Source: an uncultured euryarchaeote (GTDB lineage: Archaea > Thermoplasmatota > Poseidoniia > Poseidoniales > Poseidoniaceae). Taken from it: a stretch of DNA of 64,000 nucleotides. The DNA lies in assembly GCA_937915175.1 (NCBI GenBank), contig CALDNA010000016.1:54956-118955 (forward strand), written 5' to 3'. The position numbers were made by a program, and so were the translations under genes. Below the pieces are notes generated by a model, which made no database searches, was not told the origin of the DNA, and worked only from the letters and a program-made list of their open reading frames with translations. Position 1 is the stretch's first letter, and each line of letters begins with the position of its first letter. This document shows positions 46,166-55,083 of the stretch, one piece after another.

Positions 46166-46339
46166 ATGGCCACATATCCTGCCCCGTGGTATGGCTTGTG
46201 GGTCTTGGTTATGTTTTTCGGCGTAGCCACGTGGTTTTTGAGAAACTTCACCGAACGGGTTGAAGCAACTCGCCTTTCTGCTTTGTTAGGTGTAGTTTCC
46301 ATGACAACCCTTCTTTTGTGGACTCTTTTGGAATTTTGA
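46166..46339 (+). CDS. Small hydrophobic protein (57 aa, two predicted TM helices)
   Basis: In-frame ATG within an ORF-track ORF, just after the surface-protein stop. MATYPAPWYGLWVLVMFFGVATWFLRNFTERVEATRLSALLGVVSMTTLLLWTLLEF. 6 nt upstream of the PqqD-like gene. Confidence 0.3.
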   Translation: MATYPAPWYGLWVLVMFFGVATWFLRNFTERVEATRLSALLGVVSMTTLLLWTLLEF

Positions 46340-46345
46340 GGTGCG

Positions 46346-46897
46346 ATGATGGACATAGTTGATGTGAGCAAACATGCCTATGCTGGCACTTATCCTTGCC
46401 GAGTTCCAGTCTGGTGGGGCCGCTACGGTGAGGCTGGACCACATCCCGACCTCGATGGCGTAAGTGGTCGCCGAATTGTCTTGAGGATTGAAAAAAGATT
46501 TAACCGCTTTGAACGAATTTTAGCGCGCTTGTTCCGAGCACCGAGGGAAGTACGCAGGCCCCTTGATCCAAAAAACAGCATGCTCTGGGAATTAGCCAAT
46601 GGCATGCGTACATTCGAAGAAATATGCATCCAAATGAACGAGGTATTCCAAGAAGATATGGCACCTGTTGTCGATCGCACAGCTTCAGGGATTGACGCAC
46701 TTAAACGTAGAAACTTAATGACGGTTCTTTCCACTAAATTCTCAAAAAAATGGTCCACAGGACCAGGTGTCGTTCCAGAACATCAAACATTAGCGCCGCT
46801 CGGTGAGGGTATGAAAATCGACGCAGACCCACTTGACGGAGAACAAAACGTCAGAGAAGTGGAAGGAGCAACTCAACCGGCCGCCCAACACAACTGA
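46346..46897 (+). CDS. PqqD-like (RiPP-recognition-element-like) domain protein
   Basis: Central region RIVLRIEKRFNRFERILARLF...SMLWELANGMRTFEEICIQMNEVFQEDMAPVVDRTASGIDALKRRNLM matches the PqqD family pattern (iW.l.dG.rt..eI...l.e.f......v..D...fi..L...gLi). Confidence 0.45.
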   Translation: MMDIVDVSKHAYAGTYPCRVPVWWGRYGEAGPHPDLDGVSGRRIVLRIEKRFNRFERILARLFRAPREVRRPLDPKNSMLWELANGMRTFEEICIQMNEVFQEDMAPVVDRTASGIDALKRRNLMTVLSTKFSKKWSTGPGVVPEHQTLAPLGEGMKIDADPLDGEQNVREVEGATQPAAQHN

Positions 46898-47198
46898 TCG
46901 TTCCTGTATCCAATAAGGGACGCTCCATGAGATGGCCGTTTTCTGCTAAAAAAGCAACAACTGAATCCAGTTTGGAGGGTTCCAAAGAAGAGGAATCAGC
47001 AGATTTGAATTTCGGATCTTTTAGACGAATAGCATTGTGGAGTGGACCTTGAAGACGCGACAAAACCGAACGGATTTCCGTAGTGGTAAGAGGTGTGTTG
47101 AGGTAAAGATGAACTCGTACATTCATCGATGATGCTTCGCACATTGCGAGCGCTTGACGCGATTTTGAACATCGTGGGTTATGATAAAGGGTGATCAT
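46851..47198 (-). CDS. arsC: ArsC/Spx-family (glutaredoxin-fold) arsenate-reductase-like protein
   Basis: MITLYHNPRCSKSRQAL (catalytic Cys in the YHNP.C..S motif) ... ENGHLMERPLLDTG. The ORF-track N-terminal extension is rejected. Confidence 0.7.
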   Translation of the reverse strand: MITLYHNPRCSKSRQALAMCEASSMNVRVHLYLNTPLTTTEIRSVLSRLQGPLHNAIRLKDPKFKSADSSSLEPSKLDSVVAFLAENGHLMERPLLDTGTISCVGRPVELLLPLL

Positions 47199-47980
47199 TG
47201 GTCCACATCCGTATTTTTTGCACCTTCTGCAGCCGGTGACCAAACCAATCGTAAACCAATGCCGTCGCCTCGATGGTCCCTCAAGGCGGAAGCACGCGCA
47301 CGGCTTCGGGTGCTGTCTGATTCTGTAAACCATGAACCGCCTCTGTGGACTTTGCGTGTGGTCAAAGAGGAAATGTGAGCGTGTTGTGTACCGGAATGTT
47401 GCTTGTAGTTGGGTGCATAATCATCTTGACACCATTCTCCTGTTTGGCCGTGGAGGTCCAAGAAACCCCATGGATTAGCCTTTTTTTGACCAACTTCACG
47501 AGTGGTTGCCCCTGCGTTTCCTGCGTGCCAGCCATAATCATTCAATTCTGAATCGCGGTCTCCGAAGCTCCAACGAGAGTCTGTGTTGGCGCGAGCGGCG
47601 TATTCCCATTCTGCTTCCGATGGTAGGCGCCAAGTCCCTGTCAATCCTAAACGCACAGTGTTTTGTTCTGCTTCATTCATTTTTGAAATGAAGATTTGAG
47701 CATCATCCCATGAAATCATTTCCACAGGCCTCAGACCTGCGGCCCAACCCTCCTGAAATTTCGATGGATTGAGACCCATGATGGATTGCCAGTGGGCTTG
47801 AGTAACGGGGCGTTCTCCGAGGAAAAAAGGATCGAGGATTTCAGTTTCAATGGCTGGCCGTTCGGTCTTAGAGCCACGTTCATCTGCGTCACCCATCAGA
47901 AAGCGACCCGGTTCAACCAAAATGTACCGTCCGCCGTAGAGGCCATCGAATGCAGGGCGTGTGGAAGACATGCGCCTCAC
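47195..47980 (-). CDS. Formylglycine-generating-enzyme (SUMF1/EgtB-like, DUF323) family protein
   Basis: RPVEMISWDDAQIF, WRLPSEAEWEYAARA and VHRGGSW are signature blocks of the FGE-sulfatase domain. Confidence 0.7.
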   Translation of the reverse strand: MRRMSSTRPAFDGLYGGRYILVEPGRFLMGDADERGSKTERPAIETEILDPFFLGERPVTQAHWQSIMGLNPSKFQEGWAAGLRPVEMISWDDAQIFISKMNEAEQNTVRLGLTGTWRLPSEAEWEYAARANTDSRWSFGDRDSELNDYGWHAGNAGATTREVGQKKANPWGFLDLHGQTGEWCQDDYAPNYKQHSGTQHAHISSLTTRKVHRGGSWFTESDSTRSRARASALRDHRGDGIGLRLVWSPAAEGAKNTDVDQ

Positions 47981-48555
47981 GATTCGGATTTGAGCATTTT
48001 GGCTGTTCGCAATACGGATTCAACGAGGGTGTTGAGGCGTTCAGCGGTGGCAGCATTTACCAGTTCTCCATGGTCGTCAAAGGCTTCTTTGACATGGCCG
48101 ACTGCGAGTTGTTCCGGGACGGGCCAAGCATGGAGCCAGCGGAGCATAATCCTCATGTGGTTCAAGGTGTTGGAATTCTCTATACCTCCAAGCGTGCACA
48201 TGAGGCCGAACGCTTTGCCTCCCACATGCTTGTCATAGAGCCAATCAAATGTGTTTTTCATAACACCAGACATTGTACCGTGGTATTCTGGTGAACAGAC
48301 CAAAAATCCATCGCACGAACTTGCTAGTTCCTGGAATGCTTTCACGTTCGCATGCTCCCAACAGCCGTCTTCACCAACAAAGGGAAGCGGGGTTTTGTCA
48401 CAATCCCAAAAATGAACTTCAGCCCCTGCTGCTTCTGCAATAGAGAGGGCTTGAGTGATCATCATGCCGCTTTTTGACGATGTACGGTATTCGCCAGAGA
48501 GTCCCATGATGCGCAATGGTTGTTCGGTCATGCCACTGGGTCGGCACCAAAGCAT
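47977..48555 (-). CDS. NAD(P)H-dependent FMN reductase (flavodoxin-like, SsuE/ArsH-type)
   Basis: LRIMGLSGEYRTSSKS...ADGFLVCSPEYHGTMSGVMKNTFDWL...AFGLMCTLGG is the FMN_red family pattern. Confidence 0.7.
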   Translation of the reverse strand: MLWCRPSGMTEQPLRIMGLSGEYRTSSKSGMMITQALSIAEAAGAEVHFWDCDKTPLPFVGEDGCWEHANVKAFQELASSCDGFLVCSPEYHGTMSGVMKNTFDWLYDKHVGGKAFGLMCTLGGIENSNTLNHMRIMLRWLHAWPVPEQLAVGHVKEAFDDHGELVNAATAERLNTLVESVLRTAKMLKSES

Positions 48556-48599
48556 TTCAATTTAAGGTCACAAATCAAACACACACAGAAGCAATCCTT

Positions 48600-51401
48600 A
48601 TGCATCCCTGTGGACCCCTATGGATTGGGGAACCTATGATGGACGCCACTGACGATGAAAACAATTCAACGCCAGATGGCAGTTCGGATGATACTGTTGC
48701 TGATTCAGTGATGGACTCCATGGCCGCTGCGCTCGAGTCAGCGGGTATTTCCTTGGCCGAGCCTTCGGAAGAAACCGAGGAGAAAAAGAAGTATTCAGAC
48801 GAGGTGTTGCGACAAGTCCTTGCCGACCAAAATATCGAAGATGAAGAAGGATTCATCGCCTTTGCCAAAACCATGGATGGTGATGAAAATGGATACCTGA
48901 ACAAAAGTGAACTTCTTGATGCTGCCGAAGCATGGCTTCACATGAACGCAAATGAAGGCATAGAACAAGAAATGTCCGTTGAAGAAGAAGTCAACGCTTT
49001 GCTTCAACAAGGCGAGGAATATTCCCGGAAAAACGACTCCAAGAAAGCCCTCGCTGCGTTTAACAAAGCGATTTCAATTGATCCTTCATGCGACATGGCT
49101 TGGTTCAACCGAGGCGTGTTGCTTGAAGCTCAGCAAGACGCCCGTGGGGCGCGGCAAGCCTTCCAGATTTGCCTTGACCTGAATGAAGAGCACGCACCGG
49201 CAACCGCTAATCTAGCTATTCTTCTCGAACGTATCGGCGATGAAACGGGAGCATACGAAATGGCGACAAGAGCATTGGTGTTTTTCCCAGGCCATCCGAC
49301 CCTCTCTGAATTGCAAGCGAGGTGCAAAGGAAGCATTGAGAGCATCGAAATTGAAGCAATGCCAATCGTGGAACCAACTCAAACCTTCAGCGAAGCCCAA
49401 GTGAAGAAGGCTATGGAAGAAACCGGGGCAACCGACCGCGAAGCGGTGTTAGCAGAGGCTGTGCATCACGACGACGGCAACGAGAACTTAGAATTCAGTG
49501 AATTGATGGCTGCTGCTGAAGTGGTTGCGGCGACTGAAGTTGTAGAAATCAATCTTCAAGGTCAACCGGCTTTATTGCATGAGACCGTAGAACCTCAGCC
49601 AACTGCTGAACATGAAGCAGTGCCACTGCCCGAACCGCAACAAACTGTGGCCCTAACTCCTGCACCGGCTGTAGAGCCCGTTCCAGTTCCACAAGTAGAA
49701 GCGGTCAATCTTGATCGTTTGGTCGAACAAGCAACGGAATTGATCAAAACAGGCGCCGCTGCTGATGCTCTCAACCTCCTGAAACCTCATCTGAAAACCA
49801 TCGGTGCTCAACACGCACCATCATGGCGAATTGCGGGTGGTGCTATGGCTCGTTTGAATTTGGATGACCACGCCATCAGCGCTCTTACACACGCCCAAAC
49901 CCTCGACCCAACTCAAGCAAGCGGATGGTTCAACCTCGGTTCAATTCATCAACGTCGCGGTGAACACCAACAGGCCATTACCGCTTACATGAGCGCCCTT
50001 GGAGCGCAACCAGATTACCTCAAGGCCTCGCTCAAATGCAGTATGCTTTGCTATGAAACTGGCGACATTGAAAATTACCTCATAGCAACACGTTCAGTGC
50101 TACTGTCCGATGCGAATAATGCAGTTCGCACGCAAATGATAGAGGTCTTGATTGGTCTTGCAGAAGGGGAAGCGAACGTCATAGAATCAGCCCAAGGGCT
50201 ACCACCGACCTTGCCCGAAGGCCCTCACTTGGCACATGAAGCACTTCAGATGCTCGGTGTTGGGGCCACGGCCCTCCATGCACGCGCTCACACAGCCTCA
50301 AACGATCACGTGCAAGCAGTCACCACCTGGAAGGCCCTCATCCAAAGCGACGGAGCAAACCCAGTCAACTGGCGAGGACTTGCTCGAGCGCTTGAAAATG
50401 CAGGTGATTTGGAAACGGCTCAAAAGTGCCACGCCAAAGCAACCGCATTGGATGGAACAGCTCCCGCATCACTTGAATCAACTCTAGCCCCAGTGGAGCC
50501 TCTGGGGACCACACAAGCAACACCGCCCCCCACTGCACAACTGAGTCAACCGGCGCCAGCACCTGCCTACCCTGCACCTGCAATGACACCGCCAACTCAA
50601 CCGGCACCCGAACCAGTCTACCCTGCACCTGCAATGCCAGCGCCGACTCAACCGGCACCCGAACCTGTTTATCCCGCTCCGGCCTACTCGCCACCACCTC
50701 AAGAGCCCCCACATCCAGATGAGGCAACAGCAGATTTCTACATGGGAGCACTTGGCCTCAACAATGAGCCACAGGCACCCGAATTTGCACCGCAAGCAGC
50801 AGCAGCCCCCGCACCTTTACCAGCGTACGATTTGGCTAATGACCCATTGATGCAGCCTCTACCTGTGCAGCGCACAGAACCTCAAGTCACCTCTCAACCT
50901 GAGGTCGACCTAGCAAAGGCGGCCCTCGATGCAGCTGCTAGGGTTTCGGTGCAAACAACTGGCGAAGTCAATTCCATGTCGATCGCAAATCAGGACATAG
51001 CGTGGTACAATCAAGGGGTTCAGTTGATTGAAGATGGAAAGTACGACAAAGCACTTTCATCCTTTGACCGGGCCATACCCTCGTTTGCCAACGATGAAGA
51101 CATGCTCATTCGAATTCTCAATGGAAAAGGCAACGCTTACTACTACCTCGAACAATACCCGAAGTGCGTTGAAGCTTATCATCAAGCCATGCTGATTCGT
51201 CCCGCTGAAGTCCGTGGAAAAACACTCTACAACATGGGAAGCGCCTACGCTGAAATGGAGCGTTACCCCGATGCAATCAAATGCTTTGAACAATCGATCC
51301 CACGTGGCCTTCTCAAAGAAGAAGTGGCACGAGCCAGGGACCAAATCCGACGCTGTTCAATCCTTCAAAAGGAACGGGATAGGAAGCGACGACGTGCTTG
51401 A
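48600..51401 (+). CDS. Large acidic protein with EF-hand-like loop, N- and C-terminal TPR repeats and a proline-rich (PAPxYPAPAM) tandem-repeat linker
   Basis: Start set after the convergent FMN-reductase start. DGDENGYLNKSEL EF loop. TPR-like helices (AWFNRGVLLEAQQDARGARQAF..., IAWYNQGVQLIEDGKYDKAL..., KTLYNMGSAYAEMERYPDAIKCF). Central P/A/E/Q-rich region. Confidence 0.6.
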   Translation: MHPCGPLWIGEPMMDATDDENNSTPDGSSDDTVADSVMDSMAAALESAGISLAEPSEETEEKKKYSDEVLRQVLADQNIEDEEGFIAFAKTMDGDENGYLNKSELLDAAEAWLHMNANEGIEQEMSVEEEVNALLQQGEEYSRKNDSKKALAAFNKAISIDPSCDMAWFNRGVLLEAQQDARGARQAFQICLDLNEEHAPATANLAILLERIGDETGAYEMATRALVFFPGHPTLSELQARCKGSIESIEIEAMPIVEPTQTFSEAQVKKAMEETGATDREAVLAEAVHHDDGNENLEFSELMAAAEVVAATEVVEINLQGQPALLHETVEPQPTAEHEAVPLPEPQQTVALTPAPAVEPVPVPQVEAVNLDRLVEQATELIKTGAAADALNLLKPHLKTIGAQHAPSWRIAGGAMARLNLDDHAISALTHAQTLDPTQASGWFNLGSIHQRRGEHQQAITAYMSALGAQPDYLKASLKCSMLCYETGDIENYLIATRSVLLSDANNAVRTQMIEVLIGLAEGEANVIESAQGLPPTLPEGPHLAHEALQMLGVGATALHARAHTASNDHVQAVTTWKALIQSDGANPVNWRGLARALENAGDLETAQKCHAKATALDGTAPASLESTLAPVEPLGTTQATPPPTAQLSQPAPAPAYPAPAMTPPTQPAPEPVYPAPAMPAPTQPAPEPVYPAPAYSPPPQEPPHPDEATADFYMGALGLNNEPQAPEFAPQAAAAPAPLPAYDLANDPLMQPLPVQRTEPQVTSQPEVDLAKAALDAAARVSVQTTGEVNSMSIANQDIAWYNQGVQLIEDGKYDKALSSFDRAIPSFANDEDMLIRILNGKGNAYYYLEQYPKCVEAYHQAMLIRPAEVRGKTLYNMGSAYAEMERYPDAIKCFEQSIPRGLLKEEVARARDQIRRCSILQKERDRKRRRA
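50545..50690 (+). repeat. Tandem approximately 60-nt coding repeats (about 2.5 copies) encoding TQPAPEPVYPAPAM(T/P)PP
   Basis: caaccggcacccgaaccagtctaccctgcacctgcaatg... is repeated with few substitutions, within the TPR/EF-hand protein. Confidence 0.7.
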
Positions 51402-51416
51402 GCAAGAAGTGATTGT

Positions 51417-52805
51417 ATGAGTTCAAACGAATCTTTAGACGTCATTGAACGATTGATTGAGTGTGGTCTAGAACCAAAACGGGCTCGAATCGTGATGGAT
51501 TTAGCCACGCACCCACCCTCAAAGGCCAGTGAGGTCGGGAAGCGAATTGGTATCACGAGAATGGATGCGTACAATTCACTGAGAAAAATGCAAGAGTTGG
51601 GTCTCGTTAAAGCAACACTCGACAAGCCGATGAGGTTTCAGGGAATTCGCATCGAAGAGGTGTTCGCTCTGCTGATTCAACGTTCGGAAATGGACCTAAG
51701 GAGAATGCAAGAACACCTCGATGCAATGAAAGAAGGGGAACAAGCAGCCTTGCTTTCTTACAACGCCCCCGAAGCAGAAGCAAATTTCAGTGTTCTCAAA
51801 GATCGTCATTCCATTATGGCAAACCTCCAATCCATCTTGAATGAAGCTGAAAACAATGTCTGGATGCTTCTGGGCAATTGGGGAATCCTTCACCTGAAGA
51901 GGTCAGGCGCCTATGAGGCGTTAATCGAAGCTGTGAACCGTGGAGTGAAGGTGCGGATTTCGTCTTCGCTCAATGAGAAAACAGTCAAATTCTTTGATGA
52001 TATTGATGAACGCATCGAGATACGTCATCACGAACATTTTACCATCCAAGGAATCTATGTGGATGACGAACTTGGACTTCAGTTCATCAACACCGATGAA
52101 AACCCGACTGGAAGGGGGAAAAACGACACAGCCTTGTTGATTGAATCCAAAGGCTTCATCGAGGCTCATGCTGAACTAATGAACATTCAGTGGGCTGCTG
52201 GAACCAGTTACCGCGCCGCACGTGCACGACTGATTGAAGGCTCCATCATCGAACCGCTCAACCTTACTCTTGGGGATGGATCGTACTATGAACGGCTCAA
52301 ACATTCCCTAGAAGAAAACAGATTAAAAACTGAAATTCCTAATGCACCGAACGCATTTTTGAGAAAAGCAGGAGAACCGATTCCCTCCAAGGGCAACCCG
52401 GAAGCCGCTGCATTGGTCAGTCTTGGTATTGACCTCAATGAAGTATTGAGCGCCGTTGGAAGACGCATTGGGCAAGAACTCGCTGGAAAATGGAACGGTG
52501 TGGAAAGCGATGAGGATTTTTGGAGTCATCTTGGCAATGAATGGAACCAACTGGGCATGGGTCAAATAATCACAAAAGGCATGCCTCCACGATCTGTTCT
52601 TGTTCAGAATGGTGCAGCCTGTGGCGGTAAACCGACGGTAGGTGGAATGTTCTGCCACCTCGATGAAGGTATTTTACAGGGCATTGTGATGGAGCGGCAC
52701 AACATCAAAGTCATGTCAAAAGAACGCGTTTGCACAAGCGACGGACTCGACACATGCCATTTCGAAATTGAGTGTCAAAGTTCCCCGACTGAATCAGTGG
52801 TCTGA
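51417..52805 (+). CDS. TrmB-family transcriptional regulator with C-terminal V4R (4-vinyl-reductase-like) small-molecule-binding domain
   Basis: N-terminal winged HTH (LIECGLEPKRARIVMDLATHPPSKASEVGKRIGITRMDAYNSLRKMQELGLV). C-terminal CHLDEGILQGIVMERHNIKV...CTSDGLDTCHFEIE matches the V4R consensus (C....G...G.....E..C...G...C.F.i). Confidence 0.6.
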   Translation: MSSNESLDVIERLIECGLEPKRARIVMDLATHPPSKASEVGKRIGITRMDAYNSLRKMQELGLVKATLDKPMRFQGIRIEEVFALLIQRSEMDLRRMQEHLDAMKEGEQAALLSYNAPEAEANFSVLKDRHSIMANLQSILNEAENNVWMLLGNWGILHLKRSGAYEALIEAVNRGVKVRISSSLNEKTVKFFDDIDERIEIRHHEHFTIQGIYVDDELGLQFINTDENPTGRGKNDTALLIESKGFIEAHAELMNIQWAAGTSYRAARARLIEGSIIEPLNLTLGDGSYYERLKHSLEENRLKTEIPNAPNAFLRKAGEPIPSKGNPEAAALVSLGIDLNEVLSAVGRRIGQELAGKWNGVESDEDFWSHLGNEWNQLGMGQIITKGMPPRSVLVQNGAACGGKPTVGGMFCHLDEGILQGIVMERHNIKVMSKERVCTSDGLDTCHFEIECQSSPTESVV

Positions 52806-52883
52806 GCGCAAGTTCTTAGGCGACCACCTCGTGGGCTAATCATGGACTGCGGTACATGTGAAACGGCTGGGCCTGTTCAGGTC

Positions 52884-53222
52884 ATGCAACCTGAGGTTGT
52901 CGATGTTGGACTTACCATCTCTGATAAAGCACAAACAATGCTCGCTGACGCATTTGGCGATGACCGCTCGATGGCGTTGCTCGTGGGTGTTCTTTCCGGT
53001 GGATGTTCTGGCTACATGTATGATCTACAAATTGTTGAAGAGACAGATCAATCGTGCCAAGAAATCACCATCAACGGCTTCCGAGTGCTTGTTCCAAATG
53101 CATCCAGTCATCTTCTTGACGGAATTGAAATTGATTACGTCGACCGCTTGATGGGCGGGGGATTCAAAATCAACAATCCCAATGCGGACTCATCCTGCGG
53201 CTGCGGCGAATCCTTTGCTTGA
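52884..53222 (+). CDS. iscA: IscA/HesB-family iron-sulfur cluster insertion protein
   Basis: Starts MQPEVVDVGLTISDKAQTML. GGCSGY and the C-terminal CGCGESF signature. The ORF-track N-terminal extension (MDCGTCETAG) is possible but not needed. Confidence 0.75.
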   Translation: MQPEVVDVGLTISDKAQTMLADAFGDDRSMALLVGVLSGGCSGYMYDLQIVEETDQSCQEITINGFRVLVPNASSHLLDGIEIDYVDRLMGGGFKINNPNADSSCGCGESFA

Positions 53223-53231
53223 GGAAAAACA

Positions 53232-53933
53232 ATGCCGACAGCGCCATACCACGATGGTCATTTGAGCGTTTGGCGCGGCAATGATGTTCTTTCTTTCATC
53301 GATGGTTTGTCGACAAACCATGTTCTTGACCTCCAAGAAGGGCAATTCCGTCACACAACCTTCACCACAGCACAAGCGAAAGTTATCGATCGAGTCGGTC
53401 TCTTCCACATGGGTGGTTTCATTGCGGTGTTCAGCCATGGACCCTATTGGGAATCCCTCATGGCACACATCTCACCACGCATCTTAGGTCAAGATGTAAC
53501 CATTTCCAACGCAACCGATAACAATAATTTTTTTGTGCAATTTGGGGTTGATGGAAACGATGTTGGCACCTTCAGCGCCAGTGAAGGAGCTACAGTGGCC
53601 CACAGCATGCCACACCTCAACTACATTGTTGCGTCCAAGAACTCGCAGGTGCCAGTGGATGCAACACCATCTGATTTCCATGAATGGAGGACGCATCATG
53701 TCATTCCATGGCAAGGGTTTGAGATCACAAAAAAGCACCATGCATTTGCATGTGGTTTGGGCGATGACGTTCACCCTTCAAAGGGCTGTTACATTGGACA
53801 AGAGTTGCTAACAAGAATGCGCACAAGGGGAAAAATGGGGCGTGAATTGGTCTGCGTCAACACAGACGATGTTCCACCCAAAGACGTTACAACTCGGGGG
53901 TTGTCAAAGTCCCTCGCTATCGTACGCCTCTGA
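53232..53933 (+). CDS. ygfZ: YgfZ/IBA57-like folate-binding protein (GcvT-fold) of Fe-S cluster biogenesis
   Basis: KGCYIGQE hallmark motif near the C-terminus. GcvT-like length (233 aa). Confidence 0.65.
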   Translation: MPTAPYHDGHLSVWRGNDVLSFIDGLSTNHVLDLQEGQFRHTTFTTAQAKVIDRVGLFHMGGFIAVFSHGPYWESLMAHISPRILGQDVTISNATDNNNFFVQFGVDGNDVGTFSASEGATVAHSMPHLNYIVASKNSQVPVDATPSDFHEWRTHHVIPWQGFEITKKHHAFACGLGDDVHPSKGCYIGQELLTRMRTRGKMGRELVCVNTDDVPPKDVTTRGLSKSLAIVRL

Positions 53934-53934
53934 A

Positions 53935-54873
53935 TCAGTAGCCTAGCAATTCCGAAAGTTGAGACTTGTAGAAGTTGCCTGAACCTTGCAGTGAAGCCAA
54001 TTCTTCTTCTGACAATTCGAGTTCTAGAATCCGTTCAATACCGCCAGCGCCAAGGATTACCGGCACGCCGATGTACACATCATCAAGGCCATATTGACCA
54101 GTGAGGTGCGCTGAGGCTGGTATCAATCGCTTGCGATCGTTTAGGACGGCTTCAGCCATGATGGCTGCTGCTGAACCAGGTGCATAGAATGCGGAACCCC
54201 GTTCAAGGAGTTTGACAATTTCCCCGCCACCGGAGGCTGTTCGCTTGCAGATGGCGTCAATTGTTTCTGCGTCGAGCAGATGAGTAATGGCGATACCCCC
54301 AACGGTGGTGAAACGGGGCAATGGCACCATGGTGTCACCGTGGCCACCAAGGACCATGGCTTGTACATCTTCTTCTGCACAACCAACTGCTTGCGCAACA
54401 AAGTGTGTCATGCGAGCTGAGTCCAAAACGCCCGCTTGACCGCAAACTCGGTTGGCTGGGAATCCTGTGACCTTCTGCATGTGATAGGTCATCAAATCCA
54501 ACGGATTGGTGACCATGACAATGGTTGACTCGGGTGCGTGGTCTCGAATGCCTTCACCGACCTGCTTGACAATACCTGCGTTCTTTGCAATGAGATCTTC
54601 ACGGGTCATCCCGGGTTGACGTGGGAATCCTGATGTGACGACGACAACATCAGCGCCTGCTATGTCTTCGTAACTGGATGTGCCAGTAATGGCACCATCG
54701 TAGTTGAGAACTTGTCCGTTTTGAGACATATCGAGGGCTTTTCCTTTTGCGAAGCCTTCGTAAATATCGAGCAAGACAATATCTGCGATTTTCATTTGTG
54801 CGAGGACAAAGGCGCATGTTGCACCAACATTTCCGGCTCCAATCACTGCAATTTTTCTTCGGTTATTTCCCAT
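53935..54873 (-). CDS. mdh: Malate dehydrogenase (LDH-like, archaeal type)
   Basis: KIAVIGAGNVGATCAF Rossmann motif and a catalytic His region. Start at MGNNRRKIAV rather than the ORF-track extension. Confidence 0.8.
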   Translation of the reverse strand: MGNNRRKIAVIGAGNVGATCAFVLAQMKIADIVLLDIYEGFAKGKALDMSQNGQVLNYDGAITGTSSYEDIAGADVVVVTSGFPRQPGMTREDLIAKNAGIVKQVGEGIRDHAPESTIVMVTNPLDLMTYHMQKVTGFPANRVCGQAGVLDSARMTHFVAQAVGCAEEDVQAMVLGGHGDTMVPLPRFTTVGGIAITHLLDAETIDAICKRTASGGGEIVKLLERGSAFYAPGSAAAIMAEAVLNDRKRLIPASAHLTGQYGLDDVYIGVPVILGAGGIERILELELSEEELASLQGSGNFYKSQLSELLGY

Positions 54874-55083
54874 AATGGTCACTTCGGCAAATCCCTCCAT
54901 ACATAGGACCTCCATAAGGAACATGGTGGAGGTTTCAATCTCCCAATGCCAGAAGGAGGAAGAAATGATGGAAAGTGATTTGAAAAATCGACAATGTCGA
55001 GCGAGTTGTCTAAAAACCCCCTTCCGTTGGGTTCAATCAACCCCAGCCAGCGGCAACGTAAAGCGGGGGCTTGAGGCATCACA

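Noticed and set aside
48516-48599. ORF-track N-terminal extension of the TPR/EF-hand protein
   Set aside because: It overlaps the start of the convergent FMN-reductase gene. The first in-frame ATG after that gene (48600) is more plausible.
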